Assembly: GCA_032718475.1 (NCBI GenBank)
Contig: JAUCBJ010008877.1
Location: forward strand, 1 to 64,000
Length of the DNA: 64,000 nucleotides
Reading direction: 5' to 3'
Origin: Nemertoderma westbladi
Taxonomy: Eukaryota > Animalia > Xenacoelomorpha
The notes under the pieces: generated by a model
Told to the model about the DNA's origin: nothing
Databases searched by the model: none
Seen by the model: only the letters and a program-made list of their open reading frames with translations
Translations under genes and position numbers: made by a program
Shown: piece after piece, positions 48,976 through 59,131 of the stretch
How positions within the stretch are numbered: position 1 is the stretch's first letter
Layout: each line of letters begins with the position of its first letter

Positions 48976-51900
48976 TTGCAAGTTGCCGTAAAGACTTGGT
49001 TTCAACGGGTGAGTCGCCAGGTTCAAGGAGCAGCTCAGTGGAAAGCTCAGTTGGAGGAGCGCTCAACCCATGGAGAATCGACGGAAGCTACTTTTTCCCA
49101 AGTGGAAAGTGAAGCGACGGCAGATAAACCGCATAAGAAGGATGCCATTGATATCTATCTGTCAGACTATCAGCGTTTTTTGGGAGATGAAGAGTTGAGG
49201 AGAAGGTTAGAGGGACTTAGCCCTAATAGCGAAGGAGCCAAACTAGTGTTAGATGCGATTGATGTGGATAGGTTAGCGGCGAACCAAGCTAAATTCGATG
49301 AACAACTCCGCATCGCTAGAGAACAAGAAGAACAAGTAAAGAAAAAACGTATAGAAGATAGAAAGACAACGGCAGTGGCAGCAGCAGTGGCAGCGGCAGA
49401 AGCCGAAAGAAAAGCGGCACTGGCAATGGCAGAGGCAGCGGCAGAAACCGAAAGAAAAGCGGCACTGGCAATGGCAGAGGCAGCGGCAGAAACCGAAAGA
49501 AAAGCGGCAGAAACCGAAAGAAAAGCGGCACTGGCAATAGCAGAGGCAGCGGCAGAAACCGAAAGAAAAGCGGCACTGGCAATAGCAGAGGCAGTGGTAG
49601 AAGCCGAACGGAGAGCATCTGAAGAGACAACCCAACTAGAGTTGGAAATTCTTCAAGAGAAGCAAGACAACTTCAATAAACAGTTAACAGCGAGCAATAT
49701 GCAAATGATGAGTCGATCTACTCCCAAGAGACAGGGGTATACATCATCTGAGGAAGGCGATACCACCGACACTGAAGGCGGAAGAAATCGATCTCGCCTA
49801 AGTAGACGTAAAAGAACATTCCACCGGCAGAAATTGCCTGATTTGCCTCCAGCTGTTAGAAGGCAACTAAATAACACCAAAGTAGGTAGTACAGAACCCA
49901 CAGACCAAATAATTACAATAGAGAGACTCCCTACTATAGTAGATGAGCCTGAAATAATTAGGCCTGTTCTTGAAATCACCCCTTCGGTGATAGACATACC
50001 TGTGCTCCCTGAGACTACCTCTAAATTCCCTTTGCATAGCACTAAGCTACCTGTGCCCCGTAGAACTGCCCCGGATACAGTTCAGGTCCTGGACCCCGAG
50101 CGAATTATTCATAATTTGTCGCCCGTTGTCCCTCGTCCGCCCGCTACGACGTTGGCGGATCCTGTTTCGGCGGTTGATTGGGTAGACGAGAGACGGCGGG
50201 GGATGGATATTCTCCTCGGAGAGATGAAGGAGAACCGGAGACTCTCCTCCCAACAGGTCCGAGAGTTGGAAGGGACTGTCCAACATTTAAAGGGAACAGT
50301 GAGGGAAAGCAAGTTAGAGTTGCAAGAAGTGCAGCAAAATATCGCGCTAGAGCGCGATAAATTAGTAAATTTACAAAAGGGTATACCACCACCCCCTGTA
50401 ACAATGTGTCAACCCGTTAGGTCTGAAGTATCTCATGCGCAAGGTGTGGAGCCTATACGCATTTATACTGCTAGCGAAGTAGAAACTCCTATAGTGAACC
50501 CTATTAAGGGTAATTATAGACCTGTTTGTAATGATATTCCCTATGGAACTGATCATAATCCGAGGAATTTATATACCGATACCTCGATATTAAATAGCAC
50601 GATGGCCCAAGAAAGTTTTACGCGTCAAATGGCTAGAACCGAAGCCCGGCAAGCGGTAAAGGTTGGAGAGATCGTCAAGTTCAATGGAGATGAGATGAAG
50701 TGGTTACCTTTTAATGAATATTACAAAGATAACATACAGAACTCTGTACTATCTAATGGAGAAAAACTTAGATACCTCATCGAGTGCTTGGAAGGATCTC
50801 CCAAGTTAATGGCGTTAAAGTTTATTGGACATCCAGACGGATTAAGACAAGTTTGGGATACACTAAACATCAGGTATGGTAATAGGAATAATATCGCTGG
50901 GTACTTGTATGCCAAGTTAGTAGCGCCCCGAAAGTTTATTAGTAGCGGAATTATCGAGTTTTCCGATGAGATCCAGGAGATCTGCAGACAATTAGATTGG
51001 CTAGGTAAGTCTCATGAGTATCAGAACACTATGGTTATTAGAGCAGTGGCTTCTACTTTACCTAAAGGTGGAGTAGGTACACGCTGGGATAAGAAAGTGT
51101 TATATATGATGGAACAACAACGGCGAGACCCTACCATGGCTGATCTCATGTCATTCCTGGATGGAGAAGTGAAATTACAGCTCCTGAAACTGTCTAGGGA
51201 GAAAACACCGGAAAACAAGGTAAGTGAAAAACCCGTCTCTAGAAGAAAAATAACCCCAGTATGTTATACCGATGACGGCGAAAGCCAGACTTCACAAGGA
51301 GAAGATAGCGGGAAGGACACGGATAGATCTTATTACGTGAATAAAATGCCTAAAGATCAGGTAAGTAAATTCAAGTCTCGAACAAATGACAGGAGAGAAC
51401 AAGTAAGAAAAACTCCTCCCACGTCTCCCAAGAGAATTCAGGTGAGAAAGCCCGAAGAAAAGGCAAGTGTACACAATGTGACTCAGAATAAGGTAAGTAA
51501 CATCAAACCAAAATGTGCGCTGTGTGACGGGACCCACTATTTGAATAGGTGTGATGAATTTCTAAAGAAATCATTAACGGAGAGACGCGAAGTCATGTGG
51601 GATAAGCGGTTATGTTATAATTGCCTCAGACAAGGACACCAACGGCGAACCTGTTTCTCTGACATAAGGTGTGCTAAGTGTGGTGCGAAACATCATATCT
51701 TGTTGCACGCTGAATTCGATCGAAATAGTCCGAATCAGGTAAGTGATTCCGAGCTACATGTCCAATTCAGTGATGTGAACGACACTGATCAATCTGAGAT
51801 GGAAGGATTCTATACAGACGAGTTCTCTGACGAAAACGAATCCTGTTACATGATAAATACCGTAGTGTATCGAGCACTCACATATGAGAAAGATACAGAG

Positions 51901-54900
51901 AACGACTTTACTCTAACTACTTCTGAACGACAACCACCTTGGAAAGAGACATCCTCCAATGTAGGGATCCGAGAGTTTCCTGTGGTGCAGGTAAGGGTTC
52001 ACGGACCTAAGAGGAGTTATGTAGTGAACGCCCTCCTGGACTCCGGCAGCACAGGAACATTCATCGATAAAGAGTTAGCCGAAGATATATTTGCTGGACA
52101 ACCCAAGTTCCAAACTAAGCTCAACATGTCAGGCATTATGCAAGTTTGGAAATCCACAATAACAGCTGATTATTATGTCGGAGCGTTGTCCACCCCCCAG
52201 GACGAACTAGGAGAACACAGCATAAGGTCAGTGAAAATGGTGGCTATAAAGAACTTCGCTACTACTCAAGCAGACCTTTATAATTGGGACGAGGATGAGA
52301 GCATCCAACATCTTAACATACCTCGATTTCAGACTGATTATCCTGGAGTGCAAATACTCATCGGCCAAAACGCGCATGAGGCGCTGGAGACGTTAGAGAA
52401 ACGGCCTGCTCAACCGCAGCCCCTGCAGACCTATGCGGTAAGAACTAGAGTAGGTTGGTACTTTACTGGCCCTTCCCGTAGAACACTCAGAGAAAGACTA
52501 CCGCCAGAGAGAGTCTACAAGGTGAGTGAATGGGAAGATGATGCTAGTGAGGGAGACGATTCAACTGAGGGAATTCCATACTCCTCAGATAACGACGATG
52601 TTCACCAGCTTTTTGATGAGGAGAATACCATCGATCTCCTTAAGGAAAACGAGGCTTGGCAAAATCAAGTTAACTTATGTCAACTTCTCTATCCATCTGA
52701 ACGAGAAGCTTATAACGACGAGTTAAATGACGTCATTGAGCGTCATAATGCCAAGATTAGGGATGAACATGCTGTACGATTCTTTACGCAAGAGGCGGTA
52801 GAGCCCAATTCCTACGATAAAGCCTTGTCGGTGGAAGAGGAAAGGGCCAAGCAGATCCAAGAGACAACTACATGTTTCCTCAAAGATCAAGGTAGGTATG
52901 AAGTCGGTTTACCTTTCCGCAAGAAAGAACCGAAGTTCATCAATAACAGACCTTTGGCGGAAAAAAGAATCGCGCAACTCCATCGACGCCTTACGGCTAA
53001 TTCTTCAGCGAAAGCCATGTATCAAACACAGCTAGAAAAATTTATTAATAAGGGATACGCGGAGAGAGTACCGGAAGAAACACCTGTGACTGAAAGAACG
53101 TATTATTTAACTCACCATTACGTTCCTAAACCCGGTAAACCCAATGAAGTGAGAGTAGTGTTTGATGGCTCCGCTCTTTACATGGGTCAATCCCTTAACT
53201 CTGAATTGTTACCCGGACCCAACTTACTTCAATCTTTGTTGGGAATTCTTTTAAGATTGAGACAATATTCGATTGCTTTCGCCTCCGATATAGAAGGTAT
53301 GTTCTTGCAAGTCAAAGTGTTGGATAGGGATCGAGATAGCTTACGATTTCTATGGTGGCCCGAAGGAGACCTCAACCAGAAACCGGTGGAGTACTGGATG
53401 ACCATCCAGGCCTTTGGGATAATCTCAAGCCCTTCCAACGCCTGTTCGGTAGTGCGTACTACTGCAGAGGACAACCGAGAGGCATTCTCTAAGGAAGTGA
53501 TCGACAACATCAAGAAAGATATATACATGGACGACAATCTGAAGTCCCTCCCATCAGTTGAGGAAGCCATTGAGGTCGCTAAGGGAACGGTAGAGTGCTT
53601 AAAAAGAGGTGGATTTCGATTAACCAAATTCACCAGCAACTCCCGTGAGTTTCTGGAGTCGATCCCTGCGGAAGATCGCGGAGCGAAAGATCTTGATTTG
53701 ATCAAAGATGATCTGCCAGAAACCAAGACACTCGGCTTGAAATGGGACACAGAGAGAGATATCCTGTTTTTCCAACTAAAACAGCGAGATAATCCTGTTC
53801 GAACCAAACGGATTTGCTTAAGTATACTGAGCACTTATTTCGATCCATTGGGATTTATTAGCCCAGTTATATTGATTGCTCGAAGTTTGGTACAACAAAT
53901 GTGGCTTGAAAACCACTCATGGGACGATCCACTTAAGGGGGAATTACTGAAGCAGTGGATGAAATGGGAAGATTCTCTACCGGCTATCGAGGAGTTTATA
54001 ATTTCCCGTTCATATTTTGGTCATGTTCTCCCTACGTATTCCTATCAACTCCATGTGTTTGGAGACGCCAGCGATATGGGAATCGGTATAGTAGCCTACC
54101 TAAGAGTGGAAACTCCGGATGGAATCAAAGTCGCCTTGGTTACTTCTAAGGCATTAATCAACAACAAGTTGAAAGTTCCTCGAGCGGAGTTAAAGGCGGC
54201 TCTATACGCTACAGGCATCGGCTGGAATGTAACCGAACAGATTGACTATCCATTAGAGAAAACTGTCTATTGGACCGACGCTTTACTCGTGTTAGAGTAT
54301 ATAACCAATGAAGTCTGTCAGTTCAGCGTCTTCGTTACCAACAGAGTAGCCATCATACTTAGTCGCACGACGATGGACCAATGGAGACATTGCCCCGGAA
54401 CGATTAATCCAGCAGACATCGCGTCCCGAGGAGCGACTCCAAAGGAATTGGTAAATACTCCTGAATGGTTAGGTGGACCCGACTTTCTCTACCGAGAAGA
54501 AGAAGAATGGCCACCCCATCTCACAACAGCAGAGATCAGACAAGCCAAGGGAGCGGAGAAAGTTAAACCCAAAACTCGAGCGAGTAAATCGAAGTTGTTT
54601 AAACCTGCGGTTGATCTATCTGTATTATTTACTTCCGGAGATGATGCTTTGGATCAGAAACCCACCGCCACGACCCCAGAAGTCTTGGAAATCCGTGACA
54701 AGGATTGGAAATCTGGAATACCAGATATCTCGCAAGGACTCTCACCTCTCTTGCAGAGAGCGATACGTCACTACAGTTCCTGGAATCGGCTCTGTAAAGC
54801 TGTTACCTATTTGAAACGATGTTTTCATCATCGTTACTCCGGAACAAAGACCAATAGTGATGATGCTCCATCAACATCTGCACGAGTCCATGTTATTAAA

Positions 54901-56409
54901 GATCTTCCTCAATACAAGATACCCGACAGGTTTCTAAAAGAAAAGATCAGTTACCAGGAGCATGATGAAACCAACAAACAAATGCTGAGACTCCTACAAT
55001 GCTATGAGGATTCCGATAAGTATTTCCTGTTGTTAAGAAATCCGCAGATGCGCTTAAGGGATCGCTTCTCTAGTACCATGATAGATGGGTTAATACGTGT
55101 TGGAGGTAGATTAACAAACGCCCCATTATCCTTTGACACTAAGTTTCCCATACTTATTAGAAATCTTGACATACAAATCAAGATAATTGTAGATGTTCAT
55201 AGCAAACTGTACCATGCGGGTAGAGAACGAGTTCTGAGCGAAATTCGAACTCGCTACTATTTTTATAAACCCCGTAGGGCTCTGAACCAAGTTCTTAGGA
55301 ACTGCATACCCTGTAGGAAAGCATTCAGTAGGCCTTTGACACAGCGAGAGGCAGAATTACCTAGGGAAAGAGTAAGCTTCTATGAACCACCCTTTACTAA
55401 TACCGGTGTGGATTTATTTGGCCCTATTGAAGTATATCGTGCCCGGACTATAGTCAAGAGATGGTGTGTCATCTTCATTTGTATGACTTGTAGAGCTATC
55501 CATCTCGATATGGTAAACGATCTATCCACCAACAGCTTCGTGTTGAGTTTACGACGACAGATCGCTCGCTTCGGAACCAGTAACACGATGAGATCGGATA
55601 AGGGAACGAACTTCATTGGCGCCAACAACGAAATTCAAGCTTACGTAAAGGACTGGAATAAAAGACAGGTGGACGATCAGCTAAGGATAACAGCGTCTAG
55701 CTGGACCTTCAACGCCGCCGACGCCCCTTGGTGGGGAGGAAGTTGGGAGAGATTGATTAGGAGCGTGAAGACTGCGTTCCACTTTATTGTGCCTTGTCGC
55801 GCTTATCTCACCGACGAACTATTGCGGACGTTAATGGAGGAAATCGCCGCCTATCTCAACGAAAGACCGCTTATGCCAGTCTCTTCAAATCCTGATTCCC
55901 TGGAAGCGCTAACACCCGCGCACTTTCTACTGAAGAAACCCGTAGCCATGCTCCCGCAATCGGAGATCACAGACGGAGACGAGTACTGCCGTCGAACCTG
56001 GCAACTTATGCAGTTGCTATCCCGTCGTTTCGCTGACCATTTTGAGAAACATTACCTGCCCACTCTACAACTTCGAACTAAGTGGTTTGCGCAGCAAGAA
56101 AACGTCAGCGCTGGAGACATGGTGCTTATTGTGGACCCCGATCTCCCACGTAAGCGATGGCAAACAGGACGTATCATCGAGACTTATATCTCGAGCGATG
56201 GTTTGGTGCGATCAGTAGAGCTCGTCGTCATGCGGCGGAACTTTAAGAAACCAGGGATAGTCTTTGAGACTCAACAGCTCAATCGCCCAGTGGGTCGTTT
56301 ATGTTTACTGGAAAGAGACAGAGAGCTCTCCGGAAACTATGGAAGGCAAGAAACTCTTCCCACGACCACTTCCCTAATACAACCGACATCTAGGGACTCC
56401 CCAACTTAA
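48976..56409 (+). CDS. BEL/Pao Gag-Pol polyprotein (2477 aa; ~2732 codons if joined to the upstream ORF)
   Basis: Coiled-coil AEAAAETERKAALA repeats; KFNGDEMKWLPF gag; three knuckles (CALC, CYNC, CAKC..HHILLH); LLDSGS; YYLTHH; SDIEGMF; IYMDD; FGDAS/PRAEL/WTDA; H..H..CIPC; GVDLFG/RSDKG/SWERL. All catalytic residues appear intact. Confidence 0.97.
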   Translation: MQVAVKTWFQRVSRQVQGAAQWKAQLEERSTHGESTEATFSQVESEATADKPHKKDAIDIYLSDYQRFLGDEELRRRLEGLSPNSEGAKLVLDAIDVDRLAANQAKFDEQLRIAREQEEQVKKKRIEDRKTTAVAAAVAAAEAERKAALAMAEAAAETERKAALAMAEAAAETERKAAETERKAALAIAEAAAETERKAALAIAEAVVEAERRASEETTQLELEILQEKQDNFNKQLTASNMQMMSRSTPKRQGYTSSEEGDTTDTEGGRNRSRLSRRKRTFHRQKLPDLPPAVRRQLNNTKVGSTEPTDQIITIERLPTIVDEPEIIRPVLEITPSVIDIPVLPETTSKFPLHSTKLPVPRRTAPDTVQVLDPERIIHNLSPVVPRPPATTLADPVSAVDWVDERRRGMDILLGEMKENRRLSSQQVRELEGTVQHLKGTVRESKLELQEVQQNIALERDKLVNLQKGIPPPPVTMCQPVRSEVSHAQGVEPIRIYTASEVETPIVNPIKGNYRPVCNDIPYGTDHNPRNLYTDTSILNSTMAQESFTRQMARTEARQAVKVGEIVKFNGDEMKWLPFNEYYKDNIQNSVLSNGEKLRYLIECLEGSPKLMALKFIGHPDGLRQVWDTLNIRYGNRNNIAGYLYAKLVAPRKFISSGIIEFSDEIQEICRQLDWLGKSHEYQNTMVIRAVASTLPKGGVGTRWDKKVLYMMEQQRRDPTMADLMSFLDGEVKLQLLKLSREKTPENKVSEKPVSRRKITPVCYTDDGESQTSQGEDSGKDTDRSYYVNKMPKDQVSKFKSRTNDRREQVRKTPPTSPKRIQVRKPEEKASVHNVTQNKVSNIKPKCALCDGTHYLNRCDEFLKKSLTERREVMWDKRLCYNCLRQGHQRRTCFSDIRCAKCGAKHHILLHAEFDRNSPNQVSDSELHVQFSDVNDTDQSEMEGFYTDEFSDENESCYMINTVVYRALTYEKDTENDFTLTTSERQPPWKETSSNVGIREFPVVQVRVHGPKRSYVVNALLDSGSTGTFIDKELAEDIFAGQPKFQTKLNMSGIMQVWKSTITADYYVGALSTPQDELGEHSIRSVKMVAIKNFATTQADLYNWDEDESIQHLNIPRFQTDYPGVQILIGQNAHEALETLEKRPAQPQPLQTYAVRTRVGWYFTGPSRRTLRERLPPERVYKVSEWEDDASEGDDSTEGIPYSSDNDDVHQLFDEENTIDLLKENEAWQNQVNLCQLLYPSEREAYNDELNDVIERHNAKIRDEHAVRFFTQEAVEPNSYDKALSVEEERAKQIQETTTCFLKDQGRYEVGLPFRKKEPKFINNRPLAEKRIAQLHRRLTANSSAKAMYQTQLEKFINKGYAERVPEETPVTERTYYLTHHYVPKPGKPNEVRVVFDGSALYMGQSLNSELLPGPNLLQSLLGILLRLRQYSIAFASDIEGMFLQVKVLDRDRDSLRFLWWPEGDLNQKPVEYWMTIQAFGIISSPSNACSVVRTTAEDNREAFSKEVIDNIKKDIYMDDNLKSLPSVEEAIEVAKGTVECLKRGGFRLTKFTSNSREFLESIPAEDRGAKDLDLIKDDLPETKTLGLKWDTERDILFFQLKQRDNPVRTKRICLSILSTYFDPLGFISPVILIARSLVQQMWLENHSWDDPLKGELLKQWMKWEDSLPAIEEFIISRSYFGHVLPTYSYQLHVFGDASDMGIGIVAYLRVETPDGIKVALVTSKALINNKLKVPRAELKAALYATGIGWNVTEQIDYPLEKTVYWTDALLVLEYITNEVCQFSVFVTNRVAIILSRTTMDQWRHCPGTINPADIASRGATPKELVNTPEWLGGPDFLYREEEEWPPHLTTAEIRQAKGAEKVKPKTRASKSKLFKPAVDLSVLFTSGDDALDQKPTATTPEVLEIRDKDWKSGIPDISQGLSPLLQRAIRHYSSWNRLCKAVTYLKRCFHHRYSGTKTNSDDAPSTSARVHVIKDLPQYKIPDRFLKEKISYQEHDETNKQMLRLLQCYEDSDKYFLLLRNPQMRLRDRFSSTMIDGLIRVGGRLTNAPLSFDTKFPILIRNLDIQIKIIVDVHSKLYHAGRERVLSEIRTRYYFYKPRRALNQVLRNCIPCRKAFSRPLTQREAELPRERVSFYEPPFTNTGVDLFGPIEVYRARTIVKRWCVIFICMTCRAIHLDMVNDLSTNSFVLSLRRQIARFGTSNTMRSDKGTNFIGANNEIQAYVKDWNKRQVDDQLRITASSWTFNAADAPWWGGSWERLIRSVKTAFHFIVPCRAYLTDELLRTLMEEIAAYLNERPLMPVSSNPDSLEALTPAHFLLKKPVAMLPQSEITDGDEYCRRTWQLMQLLSRRFADHFEKHYLPTLQLRTKWFAQQENVSAGDMVLIVDPDLPRKRWQTGRIIETYISSDGLVRSVELVVMRRNFKKPGIVFETQQLNRPVGRLCLLERDRELSGNYGRQETLPTTTSLIQPTSRDSPT

Positions 56410-57900
56410 TATCGTTCGGAGTGGGCGTGTGACTCTATTATTTTATATTATTTTATTATTTTTACATTTATGTATGTATTACTATGTAATTTTATTATAA
56501 TCGTTTTATTTAATTTAGTAGAATATTATTTAGCGATTATTTTGTAGAATAGTGCAATATATTCGTGTTTATTACGTACGTAATTACTTATATTATATTT
56601 AATGAGACGGCGAAGAAATAATTATTTTCTCTTTCCTTACTGTCCGTGTTATATTATAAATACGTAACTACAGTAAGATGAAATGTCCGTACTTATTAAA
56701 GTACAATAAAGCCACTACTATATTTTAGTATTATTGGTAGGCAGAGTATTAGGAATGCAAAGTTCAGATCCTCGTGTCTCGGCTAAACCAAGCTCTGGGT
56801 AGACCTTGGAAACGACTTGCCTCTTCACACTGACATTGCTTCGTGCGATATTGCTCTCATACCGTTAACGTCCCCAGACAAGTTCTGGAATAAATCGGTG
56901 CCCATCTCAAATATTAATTAGTTAATATTTACAAATCAAATAAGTCAAAATCTGTAAAATTCAGATCCTTCAACAATTCTAGTCAATTAAGATATCGTAG
57001 CATTTACCGATATTCTTAAAGAGACAATTTTCTTAGAATTAAGGATCTTGTGTCCCTAGACATGTTCTAGAATCCAAATATGCCCATTTAATTATCAAAT
57101 AATAAAATTTCAGGGAATAAATTTAAATTCATGTCTTTTAATGAATTTAATAAATTGCTATTTTACGCGATTTATAACATTCCCAAAAATTCCATTAATT
57201 AATAGATCAAGGGAGTGGAGATTTATATTATTATGCGTATGCGTGTACGAAAGTCTCCCAAATATAGTTAATAGCCGATAAAATTCGTAAAGTCATGTAT
57301 AAACAGGACATTGACTATTAAAGAATCCCTATTAAATAACATCCCAGATCTGTATGCATTGGAATTACTCTAATTCTACCGCTAGCTTTGCATAATGTCA
57401 CCATAGCAACAACCACGCTAGAATTAGAATTGAGTTAAACAAACAATAGAAAGCTTGTCCCATTGAATAACATAGGGAATAAATAGCGCACTACTAGTAT
57501 CCAAGGATACATAATAATACAGTGACATTCTGGAAAGCATTGACTAACGGACAAATGGCCCGAATGTGTGTAGTTGTGACCAGTTGTGTGGTATTTGTGA
57601 GTTTATAGGTGAATGTTACTGCTAAAGTGTGTTTACAGTAGCTAGTCGCAATCGTAAAATAACCTAACTCTCCAAGGAATACCTGAAGTACATCTAAGCC
57701 TTTGGGACGGACAGTGGAGTGACTTGTGTCGGTTATCGTTGTAGTTGTACGGCTACGTCGTTGGCGAAAGTACAGCTACAGCGGTACATTGGCGCTGAGA
57801 ATCTCTTACTGTCCGGGGGCAAGGGAGAAATAGGCAGCGACGCCCGCTCGCCTAACGATATATAAACTCATTATAATATTGGTGAACTTGTATAGCAGAT

Positions 57901-58299
57901 ATGACTGAATTAATAGAAGATGATCTTGGTATCAGGGAGAGATATACTCTACCTTTACAAGCGTTTGTCGATAGCTTGATACGCGGCGACGCTGATCCAA
58001 CTATTACGGAGGACGATGGTCGTTATATCGAACCGCCAATGTCCCAGGAGCAACTTACGCGTGAATTGGATTATAGGAAGTTCACTGCTCGCTACACGCA
58101 TCGTAATGGTACGTATATGGACTTCTTGACCACTGGTCATCCTATTGATTTACACGACACCGACGACGTAGACACCGAAAGGGAAATGGTTTTGTTTAAA
58201 TATCATGCCCAGCGGAGTCGAAACGATAAATCGAGAATGGAACACGAGAACTCTATTCGAAATCAGCTCGAAAGAAAGAACGTGGAAGAAGGCTTGTAA
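57901..58299 (+). CDS. 132-aa acidic accessory ORF of unknown function inside the BEL/Pao element
   Basis: ATG-initiated, protein-like composition in an otherwise AT-rich region; TATATAAA at ~57859 and a TAGCAG acceptor-like site just upstream. Confidence 0.55.
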   Translation: MTELIEDDLGIRERYTLPLQAFVDSLIRGDADPTITEDDGRYIEPPMSQEQLTRELDYRKFTARYTHRNGTYMDFLTTGHPIDLHDTDDVDTEREMVLFKYHAQRSRNDKSRMEHENSIRNQLERKNVEEGL

Positions 58300-59131
58300 A
58301 AACAAATATAGGCGAACCACTGGAGAAGAGACATATGTTAATGTCCAGGGTCCATAATGTGAATAGTTTTCCCCGGGGCACGGGTGCTCGCGGGCGGTCT
58401 CCTTCGGGAGGCTGTAAATTTCTCTTCCTTCATCGTTTTCCTGTAATTGTTGTGATCAGTGTCACAATTAAAAGACAAGAATGAATGATGACGTGATGGA
58501 AAACTTGTCCATTGTGGTGTCTTATGGATACTACCCTATATCTTCCTCCTCTTTACTCCCTTCATCGATCGACCAATCATAGTGGTATCGTGGTATGGAT
58601 CATACCTCATCCTAATAAATCTCCTCACCTTCTCTTCCCAACGCGCTCGGAGCTTCGGGAAACGAATACTAAACCTCCCAGCCCTTACTGTTCATCTGGA
58701 TGCTAATATTGGTGTCCGCACCTCCTGTCCATGTCATATTCTGTTGATATTTATGATATCAACTTCCACCCTCTCGTTCTTGATTAGGTAATCAAACACT
58801 TCCTAATTTCCTCAAGTCCACAACCGTGAAACAAGGACTGAAAGGACAAGCGGATAGTTTGTGAACAACTGGTACCATTATGTGTCATAAATCTGGTTGT
58901 TCACCTCCCTTAATGATTGGGGATATAAATCTTATGTAGAACAACTGAGGCAAACATATCTTTGAGCTGATGTTTACCTCATCACACTGGGGATAAATTC
59001 GGTTGGGGATAGTACTCGAATGTTACAATCCTCCTACTGAGATCTTATTTCTGAATATTTCAGAATGCGAAATAGTTTTTCCTCTGCTCTACCATCGCTG
59101 TCGGAGAACATATTAGGCATACAATGGGAAC

